Source of the DNA: Sphyrna mokarran
Lineage: Eukaryota
DNA length: 64,000 bases
NCBI GenBank assembly: GCA_024679065.1
Contig: JAGIQG010000014.1
Coordinates: 39,060,001-39,124,000, forward strand
Reading direction: 5' to 3'
Part shown: positions 52,293 through 63,543 of the stretch, one piece after another
Numbering within the stretch: position 1 is the first letter of the stretch
Layout: each line of letters opens with the position of its first letter
The notes under the pieces: model-generated
Database searches by the model: none
Told to the model about the DNA's origin: nothing
What the model saw: only the letters and a program-made list of their open reading frames with translations
Translations under genes and position numbers: made by a program

Positions 52293-53120
52293 ATAATGTG
52301 AGGTCTGGAAAGAATGTAATTGCAGCATATCATTGGTTGAAGGAAGTCAGTAAGCAACTCCTCAGCAACAGTGACTCTACAAATGCATCGCAATTGGTTC
52401 CTCAGCCCATTTGCAGTCTGGATATTTTGAGCCAGAGGAAGATGTTGGCTGAGTTCACAAACAGCTGTTTTTGGGTGAGGCTTTTGGATCAACACAGGTT
52501 CTTAGTCATCAAACACTGGGGTAGGGTTACTCCTTCTTTACATGTTTGTGCACAGGCACTGACTGGGGTGAGTTGGAGAGCAACTGATAGACTTCCCAAT
52601 TTAGAATTCTTCCTGTTTAGTCAGTCTCTTGATGTCAGTGACACTAGGAGAGGTGTCTATGGTTCTAAATGTGTTCCGCAGTGAGAATCCAATTTAAGTG
52701 TACAGTGTTCATGTGAAGTGGGAGAGGAACTTAGATATAGCCCATGGAGACTCCATGAGGAAATTTCCATGGATAACAGCCTTTGATACAAAATGAAAGA
52801 GAAAAAAGTCTGCAATGCTGAGGGAAAGAGTTTTAAACTGCTAACACAAGATTGCCCAAGTAGGAAAAGTATGTTAGCAGGCTGGTTAATGACACTGCAT
52901 TTGATTGCATGTGTTTACTGCCTCACAGTGTTACTTACATTGTGATTACATCAATCACTCTAAAGCAAAGTTAACCTAACTTGAAATTCTCATTGTCAGG
53001 GGACTAAGAACTCATATCTATATCATTATATCTAATTACAAAATATTAAAATCTAGACAAACACTTTAAAATGACTGAAGCCATGACTGGCTATAAATCA
53101 AACAAACAGGAACTTTCTGG

Positions 53121-53388
53121 CATTCAGAAAAGTACTCAGTAAGAATTTAGCAACACCAATTTTTAATCCAACCGATTTATTTGATAGTAAATCCGCGAGC
53201 TTTCAACACTCTGTGTCTTCCTCAGGCAAATGCCAAATGCATTTGCCTGAGGAAGACACAGAGTGTTGAAAGCTCGCGGATTTACTATCAAATAAATCGG
53301 TTGGATTAAAAATTGGTGTTGCTAAATTCTTACTGAGTTCTTACCACCCCAATCCAACGCCGGCATCTTTACATCATTCAGAAAAGTA
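53121..53388. mobile_element. Young palindromic Penelope-derived insertion with 14-bp TSD
   Basis: Perfect arms 53134-53233 and 53239-53338, loop CAAAT; PLE end CCCCAATCCAACGCCGGCATC; CATTCAGAAAAGTA at 53121-53134 and 53375-53388. Confidence 0.92.
53241..53281 (+). ncRNA. Minimal hammerhead ribozyme (mirror copy on - strand at 53191-53231)
   Basis: Stem I ATTTGC/GCGGAT, core CTGAGGA, stem II GACAC/GTGTT, GAAA, palindromic AGCT, CUC triplet. Confidence 0.75.
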
Positions 53389-54129
53389 GGCATCCATTTA
53401 CATTCCTTAAGGCAAGCTTGTCAATAGGGATTGCTGGTCTGCTAGGACAAAAGACTCCAACACCTCTTTTGAAATTCCTATTGGTTGAAACATTATCAAC
53501 TTCTAGAATCTTGACTAAGGAATATACATCCTTTGTCAAAGCTAAAGTGGAGAGAAGGGAGACACATAGCCCCCTCCTCCCCCTTCCCCATACTCAAAGC
53601 TGGTGCAAAGTATAATATTGCTTTGTGAAGTTACAAAGCTCAGTTTACCATCTTTCATCAACCAGGAAGAAGCTCAGAGAAAGGGTGAATGATAGACACC
53701 CATCTATGTTCTTTTTACTTGAACTTCTGTGTCATCACTTAAAGATTAATTCACCTCTGTGCCCTACCTCATTGTGCAAGTCATGTCTATTGGAAAAGTG
53801 GATTTTCCAGCATCAGGTTCAGCCTGCTGATCTCTACGAAGGAATACACCATTGGTCTTTTGATTCTGGACTCTGGACTGATATGAAACAATAATTCTTA
53901 TTCTCTGTGGTATTTGCCTTGTATGTTTTTCTTTCCTTTGTCTCTCTTTTATTGCATGAAAGCAAAAGGAGGGGAAATTGCAACCCTCTTTTGACACTTT
54001 GCATTTGTGTAATATAAACTACCTCTCTAAGTTTATCCTATCTCAGGTTTGCTGTGGGATTACTAATAGTAAATTGGAAACTGAAAGGGAGAATTTCTCA
54101 ACCGGTAGCACCCCCTATCTATCTAACTT

Positions 54130-55250
54130 CAACCCATTCTCTGAGGCCATCAAGTATCCTAGATTCATTCTCAAATTTGAAGAGGATGATATGGAGCCAT
54201 TTTTCACCACTCTTGAGAAAATAGCAGAACTGTAAAATGACCATCAGATAGCTGTCAGGGAGATGCTGCCTTCTGATGTGTCCCTTAATTGTGATCAGAC
54301 CAACGCTGTCACTATCACAGCCTATGAGCTAGTCTTGAAGTCATATTGCCAGCAATTCTGGAACATTTGTAAGAAACCTACATAGACTTAATTCGAAGCT
54401 GAAATAAATTGCATTTGACCATTGGGTAAGACCCCAAAAATTTGAATGCACCAGTGAAGGGTTGCATAAGTTGGTTTTGTCAGAGGGATTCAAAAATTGC
54501 CCAGCCTTCATCCTGCAAATACACCAAGAAGAGTAGACAGTCCTCACAGACATGGGTGCAATAGTTATACCAGAGAGTTATCATCTCACCCGCAGGCCAG
54601 GAAATTCTGGCACACCATTTCCAAACCACCCCCAATAAGCAGAATGATTTGGATAACAGGGTTCCTCCCTCCACCCAGAAAAGAAAACACAAAGGAGAGC
54701 ATGAAAAGCCGTTCTACAGCCTGAATGTAGAACCTTCTGGCAGCCTGTGTATTCCAAATTAAAATAAGATAGGTCATTTCAGACTTCAGTGCTAGAGATT
54801 TCACAGGAAGCCCATTGATCTAATAGGGCTCTATACGAGTAGTCCCCTGAAGATGCCCCAATGCAACGGAACAGTGGAGAGCCTCACTACAGAAACTTTC
54901 CCTTTGAAAGGCATAACACTATGTGTGTCTGAGCTGGATAAACTTACAGAGATATTGGGGAGTTATTTCCTGCCAGGAACATGTGATCCCCTATCCATCC
55001 CAAAATATGAGCAAGTTCATTTTACTGCTACAGAACACAGAGGCCACACAATCTTTGATGTTTGAGAGAAACTTAAATCTCCACCCACCAACTTTGAAAG
55101 ACAAAGCCCTGACTAGTGGAGTGGGAGGAAGATCTGTGTTTGTTTCCCTGCATGAGGTCCTCACAGAGTGCGACATTGTTTCAGACCATGTTAGAGTAGG
55201 AATTGTCCTTGAACCGCAAGTAGCAGGAATATTTTGGTTGGCAGTATAGT
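54130..55250 (+). pseudogene. Gypsy LTR-retrotransposon gag/protease relic
   Basis: ILKFEEDDMEPFFTTLEKIA, AYELVLKSYCQQFWNI, LVLSEGFKNC (gag); VSLHEVLTECDIVSDHVRVGIV (protease region). Confidence 0.7.
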
Positions 55251-55639
55251 CAGCAAAAGAAAATAAACCAAACTCAACCAGCAGAAATCTGCAGAAGAGC
55301 AAAAGGCTGGGAAATGTCCAGAATCCTCAGGGGATGAGATAACACACATTGACAATGAGTGAGGGCTGCTTGAATGCAACAAGATCTAAGCCAAGCCAGT
55401 AAAATTAAAAGAGAAAAACCATTAGCATCTAAAACAGATTCACAGAAAATCCCAGGATGAATTTCTAAAGCAGGGAAAGAGGAGGCTGAACCAAGTAGCA
55501 AAAAAAGCCTAAAAAAAGCCCAGAAAGAAAAAGTTTAAGTGCTTGCCTGTAGTATGGCTAGCAGAATCCTTCTTTCTAAGCAGAATCAAAGGAAGTATAA
55601 CTGGAACCTCAGCCATGGAGTGAACTGAATTGGATGAAG

Positions 55640-57075
55640 ACTGACATATATGATGCTGTGGACCTCCAGAGGTGGTCCTCTGGCTGAAGATTGTTACAAA
55701 TGCTTCAGCCTTATAATTTGCACTGATATGTTGCTTTGTAGCTTCTCATCTCATTTTTAGGTATCCTGGTGTTACTCCTAACATGCCATTCAGCACTCTT
55801 CATTGATCCAGGGTTGATTCCTTAGCTTGGTTGTAACGGCACAGTGGGGGATATGCGGGGAATGAAATTACAAATTGTGTGGGAGTAAAATTCTGCTGCT
55901 GCTGATGGTCCACAGCATTTCATAGATGCCCAATTTTGAGCTATTACATCTGTTTAATCTAACATAGTGGTAGTCCCACAAAAACAATGGAGGCTATTTT
56001 CAGTGTGGAAACAGGACTTGGTCTCTGCAAGAACTGTGCGGTAGTCACTCCTACAAATGCTATCATAGACTGATTTTTCTGTGGCAGACAAGCTGGTGAA
56101 GATGAGGTCAAGTATGTTTTTCTTTCTTGTTGGTTCTCCCATCACCTGCCATGGTCCCAGTCCAGCAGTTATGTCTTTCCGATACAGCCAGCTCAGTCTA
56201 TGGTCATACTATTGAGCCACTTTTGATGATGGACATTGAAGTTCCCCACACAGAATACATTCTGTACTTTTGCCCCTCTCAGTTCTCCCTCCAACTGGTG
56301 TTCAGCATGGAGAAGTACTAATTCAAAAGCTGAAGAGGATGTTTCGTGATAATGAACAAAAGGTTTCATTGCCCATGTTTGGAGTGGTTGCATATGAATT
56401 TGTGGGGTCCAAATGTTGATGTTAAGGACTCCCAATGCAACTGCCTCCAAACTACATACCACTGCACTACCACCTCTGCTGCTTTTGCTCTGCTAGTGGG
56501 ACAGGACATATCTGAGAGATGGTGATGGTAGTGTCTGGGGCATTATCTGATTCCATAAGTATGACTATGTCAGGCTGATGCTTGACTAGTCTGTGAGACA
56601 GCTCCCCCAATTTTGGCAGAAACTTCCGGATGTTAGTAAGGAGGAATTTGCAGAGTCGACAGGGCTGGGTTTGCTGTTGTCGTTTTCTGTGCCTAGGTCG
56701 ATGCTGGGTCATCTATCCAGTTTCATTCTTTTCTGATTCATTTATAGCATCTAAATATAACTGAATAGCTTGTAAGGCCATTTCAGAGAGCATTTAAGGA
56801 TCAACCAGATTGCTATGGGTCTGAGATCACAAGAAAGCTAGACCAGGTAAGGACAGCAGCTTACTTTCCCTAAAGGACATTAGTGAACCAAATGGGTTTT
56901 TCCAACAATCAACAATAGTTTTATGGTCATCATTACTTTTAATTTCAGATATTTTATTGAGTTTGTTAAATTCCACCATCTACTTTGGTGCAATTTGAAC
57001 CTGGGTCCCAGAGGATTATCCTGGGTCTCTGGATTGCTGGTCAAGCAACAAACCCACTGTGCCACTGCCTCCCTC
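55640..57075 (-). mobile_element. CR1-like LINE 5' portion: tRNA-like head followed by APE endonuclease relic
   Basis: LTNIRKFLPKLGELSHRLVKHQPDIVILMES, VGNFNVHH, EPTRKKNILDLIFT, SDYRTV (APE motifs); upstream A-box TGGCACAGTGG and B-box GGTTCAAATTGC at 56990-57064. Confidence 0.8.
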
Positions 57076-57306
57076 CATATCCTTTTTTTTATTGTATGAA
57101 TGCAAAACGAGAGTAACATCGTGACCCCCTTACATTTTGAATGCATATAAAGCAAACTAACCATTTGAGTTTATCCTATTTCAAGTTAGCTGTGAGGTTG
57201 TTAGTAGAAAATGATATCACAACAAAACTGAGTGGTTGATGAATATGCAACCAATAGTAAAGGGGGAAATCAATAATCAAAAATAACTTTGTTTATTGTG
57301 GGTGCT

Positions 57307-57588
57307 ATGATGTGGAGATGTCAGTGTTGGACCGGGATGGGCACAGTAAGAAATCTCACACACCAAGTTAAAGTCTAATAGGTTTATTTCGAATCATGAG
57401 CTTATAGACAAAGGCAGTTGCAGGATAATGGTTGGAATGTGAGTCTTTTCAGATAGTCAAGTTTTACAAGTACAGACAGTGCAAATGGAAAGAGGGATGT
57501 GAAACCTACTTCTCCACTCACCTGATGAAAGCTCATGATTTCGAATAAACCTGTTTGACTTTAGCCTAGTGCTGTGAGACTTCTTACC
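57307..57588. mobile_element. Older inverted Penelope terminal-repeat pair
   Basis: GTAAGAAATCTCACA..GGTTTATTTCGAATCATGAGCTT vs AAGCTCATGATTTCGAATAAACC..GTGAGACTTCTTAC; CTGATGA kept but stem II deleted. Confidence 0.8.
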
Positions 57589-57774
57589 ATTGATGGATGG
57601 TGAGAGGAGAAATCATGACTGTTTAAATTAAATCTCTCCTGTCTTTAACACTGAAATATTCTTTTGTTTCCTTTGATAAAATGGAGCTGACTATCCTAAG
57701 TTGAGTTTTTTCACTAATCCTCAACACAGAGTAGTTACTGCCAAATACGTTCCCATACAGGAATAATAAATGTG

Positions 57775-58508
57775 TAGAGTATAGGGCTAATGGTGGGATT
57801 CTTAACAGTGTTGATGAACAGAGGGATCTTGGTGTATTTGTGCATAGATCCCTGAAAGTAGGCAGTCAAGTCGATAAGGTTGTTAAAAAGGCATATGGAG
57901 TCTTAGCTTTTATTGGTAGGGGGATTGAATATCAGAGCCGCAACGTCATGTTGCAACTGTACAAAACTCTAGTGCGGCCGCACTTGGAGTATTGTGTGCA
58001 GTTCTGGTCCCCACATTATAAGAAAGATGTGGAGGCATTGGAGAGGGTACAGAGGAGGTTTACCAGGATGTTGCCTGGTATGGAGGGCAGGTCTTATGAA
58101 GAGAGGCTGAGGGATTTGAGGTTGTTTTCGTTAGAAAGGAGGCGGCTAAGAGGGGACCTTATCGAAACATATAAGATGATTAGAGGTTTAGATAGGGTGG
58201 ACAGTGATAGCCTTTTTCCTAGGATGGAGAAAGCTAGCACGAGGGGACACAGCTTTAAATTAAGGGGTGATAGTTATAGGACGGATATCAGAGGTAGGTT
58301 CTTTACCCAAAGGGTGGTTCGGGAGTGGAATGCCCTGCCTGCAGCAGTTGTAGATGCGCCAAGTTTGGTGGCGTTTAAGAGGTTAGTTGATAAGTATATG
58401 GAAGAGAAGGGAATGGTTTAGTTTGGAGGGGCATTGCTTTTTATATTGGTCGGCGCAACATCGAAGGCCGAAGGGCCTGTTCTGTGCTGTAATGTTCTAT
58501 GTTCTATA
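57775..58508 (+). mobile_element. Young 5'-truncated CR1/HER1 LINE with uninterrupted RT C-terminal frame (to 58421)
   Basis: QRDLGVFVHRSLK..LYKTLVRPHLEYCVQFWSPHYKKDVEALERVQRRFTR..FFTQRVVREWNALP; tail TTCTATGTTCTAT; CpGs retained. Confidence 0.95.
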
Positions 58509-59892
58509 CTCTTTGTGCCAATACAGAGAGAGGATTTATCTAGTAGTTGATTTTAATTTCCCATGTGCCGCATATGTGAAAATGTGTTTGATAAATCAAC
58601 TTCCATAATTTTACAATCAAACTCTGCAATTGGATACACATCACTTTAGTATAAAACCCATAGACTGTATTCAGGTGTGCAAAACTTAACGAATGATTCA
58701 TCTTGAGTTTTCAGTAAATGAGCCAGTGTAGCCAGGGCAGTTACTGGTCTTTTCAAGGTAGCTAATTGGTCTTTGTGTGTGAGAGAAATGCATGATCTGT
58801 ATTGTGTCAGTCTTTGCTATTGAGCAAACTAAAGGAAGAAGATTCTGATAAAGTTTCTTTTGGGCAATCTTCCAGTTGCAGAGAGTTTTGATGGCTTTGC
58901 ATGTGTGATACATGTTACCCATGGTTTTATGGTTACACATGTATGTATATAAATGCTACATTTGATCACAGAAAATTAAAGATGATTATAATAACAATAA
59001 TAGGGACAATACTTCCCAGCAAATAATAAGTGACTGATACATTAATAGATCTTTGCTGCATCCCCTATGTGGAAAATGGCAGAGGAAAGCAATGATCATG
59101 ATGCTTTGTTGCCAGCTCAGTAAGGATTCGAGTTACAGCAACTGGCTGCTCGTTTCTGCAGTTGAGGTGACTAGGTAGCCTGCCTCGGTGCAAAGCCAAC
59201 TGGGGCCTGGGCGATCGCTGATTTATCCACGGTCTCAGAAGCTTGAGAAATCAGGTAGTGTCTTATTGTGGGGGAGGGGGTTCATCTATATATAAAACAA
59301 AAAAAAATTCCCTCTTCACCACTTTGGATGCGGCCTGTCTTCTAGATTGTGTCCTTGCCTACTTGTCCAAGATGGCAAACTCCCAATGAGTTTGTGCAAT
59401 GAGCAAGCTACTAGTCAGAGTGTGGTGTGGTTCCTTTGCCTTTATTTAAAACCCTGTGGACCTGGATTAAATTCAATCATTAGTACATTGCTTTATATGT
59501 AACACTGTTTCTTTTAAAACATGACTTGTCCATTCATTGCAGTCAGGAACAGCATCAAAGCTCAGCCCAGGTAAAAATAGACAGTAGAAGCTGCTAATCA
59601 GTCCCAAATGTTCATCCTCAAAATCCAGCCAAACTGTTGGAAAATTCAGCGCCAGGTTCTCAAAATTTATTTTAACCCAGTTTTAAATGAAAGATTGACA
59701 TGATGTTCCTTGCTAATAACCTTCCCATCAATGGAGAAGATAATAATCATCTTCAAGCAACAAGTCACTGAAGGTGCTGGAAATCAGAAACCCAGAAACA
59801 TTTGGAAAACATGGAAATCACAAGGTTCAGGTGATATTCAGAGATCACAGGATCCTGGGCCTGTCCTTCACATCAGGTGGATGACAATGAGA

Positions 59893-60190
59893 GTTTATTT
59901 ATTACTTATTAATGTCACAAGTAGGCTTACCTTAACGCTGCAATGAAGATACCGTGAAAATCCCTGAATTGCCACACTTCAGCACCTGTTCAGGTACACT
60001 GAGGGAAAATTTAGCATAGCCAATGCACATAGCCAGCACGTCTTTCAGACTGTGGGAGAAAACAAGAGCACCCGGAGGAAACCCACGCAGGCACGAGGAG
60101 AACGTGGAGACTGCACAGTCACTCAAGCCAGGAATTAAACCCAAGTCCCTGGCACTCTGAGGCAGCAGGCCTAACCACAGTGTCACCCAA
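59893..60190 (-). mobile_element. V-SINE, tail B
   Basis: GTCACAAGTAGGCTTAC..GTGAAAATCCC..GCACCCGGAGGAAACCCACGCAG. Confidence 0.9.
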
Positions 60191-61031
60191 AAGGAAGGAA
60201 AACAGAAGCACCACACAGTAGATTGACCGAATGGCCTGTGAAGTGTTCAGATAGAGAACAGGAGGTCGTCGAAATGGCAGGACTGATAAGGAAGAAAAGA
60301 AATGATAATCCAAGAAATAAAAGGCATTTGTATTATCTAACCGTGAGGTAGAGAAGTGGAATAGTGTAAAGGGCGACAATTGTGAAATTAAAAGCACGAA
60401 TATGACAAACTGAACCAGATTCTAGTGGAATAGGAGCTTTGTGGAAAACAACCTTCAGGTCGAAACGGCGAATCACGGCTAAGTGCCTGCCACAGACACA
60501 TACAGAGTCACTGCCAAAATGCACACTTGATGCTACTGACATGACGGTTAACTGTCACTGCACGTTACAAACGCCCACTTAAATATTCAGGGTGGAAGTT
60601 TGTGTTAGAAATTACTGGCGCGCACCCAAGAACAGAATCCAACAACAGAAACAAAGCGCTTCAAATGCTAACGAGAGAACGCTGCTCGCGTCTGTCACCA
60701 ACATAGAGAAATCAGCTGGGCAGAGGATTGCATTGATATCCTGAAACTCTGGTCCAAGTAATGCTCAGAAAATATCGATGGGAATAGTGATTACATCTAG
60801 ACTGTAAAAAAAAATCGATCGCTTCAAACTGAAGTATCATCCTGCCCGCACGGTGCCGTTATATAATGCAAGAAATATGCATGACTATTCAACAACATTT
60901 AACTGGTTCGACCAACGCGCCTTTCCTAATTAAAAATATATACATTTGGAAAGCCTAAAATTAATATTAACCGAATGGGGGGTGGGGGAGGGACGCCAGT
61001 GATAATGGAATGACTCGTGTCAATGCTGCAG

Positions 61032-61071
61032 CAAGGTCAGCCTTTTAAAAGGTCAGCCTTTGAGGAGGTCA
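61032..61071 (+). promoter_or_regulatory. Three AGGTCA nuclear-receptor half-sites at 16-bp spacing
   Basis: CAAGGTCA 61032-61039, AAAGGTCA 61048-61055, AGGTCA 61066-61071. Confidence 0.5.
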
Positions 61072-61199
61072 ATCTTCTTGTTTACACTGATGGGAGAAGT
61101 TGTGCGTAGGAGGGTGACAAACATTCCTGATAGACACTGTGTCAGCGAGGAATCCGGATCGATAAATTTGGGGGTATGGCGGGGGGGGGGGGGGGGAGG

Positions 61200-61296
61200 G
61201 TGCGGTTATCATCAGTATTCAGGACCACTCTCTCAAAAGGGGGTTCGGCTCGTCACTCTGTACGACCAGCTCCGAAGCACTGTGTACACCGCTCAA
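61200..61296 (+). other. Candidate non-coding first exon of complexin (start uncertain)
   Basis: Donor CAA|GTAAGA after 61296, downstream of the half-site array and G-run; the coding exon has an acceptor, so an upstream exon is required. Confidence 0.35.
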
Positions 61297-63448
61297 GTAA
61301 GATCGCTTGAAATTGCTCATTCAGAGGCAGCCAGGGGCTGGCTGGCTGACTGACTGACTGATTGAGGTTTTTCCTCATCAGTCACGTTAGCGCCCCGCCA
61401 AAGTGTTCCACAAGCTCACTGTGGTTCGTTAGCCTGCTGAAGACCTTACACCCTTCCCCAGGCAAGGCGCCAAGAACGCTGGCTTCAGTTTGATGAGTGT
61501 TGTTGCTGCGTGCTGAGGTTGCCTGATAATCTTTAATCTTAAGAGAGAGGTAGGGAAAAAAAGAAACTGGCTGGTGTAAAACATTTGTGTTTTATATGAA
61601 GTGGAAAATGAGCGATTGCGCTCGCTTGTCGAGTGCGCCCACACCTCCACTTTCCCAGTGCTGTAAAAAATGCGTTCAGAAAGCGTTTGAGAATTATCTC
61701 CCGTGTGAATCAGTTTTCACATCCTTGCGACGTACATCAGATAAGGTCCCTGCTCACAGACTGTTCATTACCCACGCTGCACGGAAATTAAATTGGGTTA
61801 CTTTTGGGGCTGGGGAGACGGAGCCATGTCTGGTGACACCATCTGAATACTGCAAGGAGATTTTTTTATTGCTAATCAGCGTCAGTAAAATCCGACTGAA
61901 TCTCACGATTGAGTTACACAGCACCACATCCATTGCAGCTTAATTGTACCAAACCCACTACTCAAAGCGTTGTTTGATGGAGTTTATTATACCTATAATT
62001 CTTTCCAACTTCCCCGTCCCTGCCCCGGGAGGGGGGCTCCTGAATGCTGCTATGAATATGTTCAAGGCCACCGAATTCGGATAAATGTATCCAAATGTGT
62101 CCATATGTGCAATTTAAGGGACAGAGGAATGGCACCTGCATTTTACTTGTATTAATATTGCTATCAATAATGTTCTAACATTGCAGTGGGGAAAATTGAG
62201 CTTCGAGTAAGCAAAGTGAACTTCTTGCCTTGCGTTCTAAGCTTTACTCACCGTAGCTTTTAATTTCCCAATTAGTGCACAGGGATGTACCGGTGCAGAC
62301 TGCAACATTCGCAATGAGGCGGCGCAATTATTTGTGTCTTTTGATGACTTGTGACAGGAGGACGGTTAATCAAAGCGAGAGCTAATATGATCCCAGGCTG
62401 GACTATTAATTGGCTTTATCATTTTCTTTGAAGTTTAGTTGCTCGCATCTTCACTTTGAATTTCAAAAACACCGAGGGAGAAAGTGGGAAGCTTTAATGA
62501 GGGACAGGCAAGGATTGAAACTGTGGGGAACCAGTTCGGGCCAAGATCCTGCCACTGGCTGGAGCAAGAGGCAATCTATTGATCAGGATCACCTTCAGAG
62601 TAAACATTACGATGCTACCCAGCCGCATTGTCCTAGCCACATAACTGGCTTACAAATTGTACACTGACCTGCACGTTAACTGAAATCCGTGTGTAATCAT
62701 GTGCCTTGGACTTGGCTATAACTTCGACATTCCTGAAAGAGAAAGCAGCCTTGCCCCAATCCACCTGTAGGAGCTGTTCAATATAGTAAAGAATGAGCTC
62801 CCGATATCAACAAGTAAATGACAATGAAACCCAAAATATATTCGGCAGTTCAGGCTGTGTCATGGACAAGGGCAGCCAGTGGATGACCGTTTGCCAGAAC
62901 TGGATGCTGGAATACCTGCGGAATATTTGAAGCATTTTTTTTTGCTGCAGCAGCAGCCGCACTATGTTGCTTTAAGAGGTACAGAGATCAAGGTTTCACT
63001 GCAGTGTTTTTAAATAAAAGAAAAAAATAAATGCATATATATTTAAGAAGCATATATAACTGCAGCTTCTAATGTAACAAGTGCACACGCTGTTTTGTAC
63101 AATCGAAGGTGTGATAACTGCATCATTCCCCTTCACCACTAGAGAGAGTCATGTTTTCCACACAGCGTCGCTGCCTTTAGCCTCCGTAACTTACAGACAC
63201 GCCTTTAGTTGTTGTACATCCAAAAAAATAAGTGAAAAAGGAGTCGGCGTCCGCAGGTCCCATTTCACAGCGACTAAGGCAACGGTACACACGTCCCGTC
63301 CTATTTTGGGGTTTAAGAGCGCCCAGCCTACTCTGTGATAGAAACAGACGGAAGCCAGGGCGGCTGAACTTAGTTCTGGCAAAGCGCGGGTGAGACAACA
63401 GGGCGATTGGAAGCACATTAATCTGTTTTGCTTGTGTCTGGTTTCCAG

Positions 63449-63543
63449 GTCTGACGACGCTCCTGAGCAAATTCAACCAGGAGAGGGAAAAAACCTGAAT
63501 GAAATTTTCTGAAGTCACCAGTGAAGACGCTTAGTTCAGCACC
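63449..63543 (+). other. 5' UTR part of the complexin first coding exon
   Basis: Acceptor TTTGCTTGTGTCTGGTTTCCAG| ends at 63448; 95 nt to the ATG. Confidence 0.75.
63499..63534 (+). promoter_or_regulatory. 11-codon uORF (MKFSEVTSEDA*), in frame with complexin
   Basis: ATG 63499, TAG 63532-63534, 9 nt before the main ATG. Confidence 0.55.

Noticed and set aside
53134-53338. Palindrome as a miRNA precursor or DNA-transposon MITE
   Set aside because: Arms are Penelope terminal sequence, the element has an asymmetric PLE end, and the 14-bp TSD fits retrotransposition.
57840-58421. 193-aa ORF as a host gene
   Set aside because: It is the CR1 ORF2 C-terminus followed by a LINE tail; no splice structure or true start.
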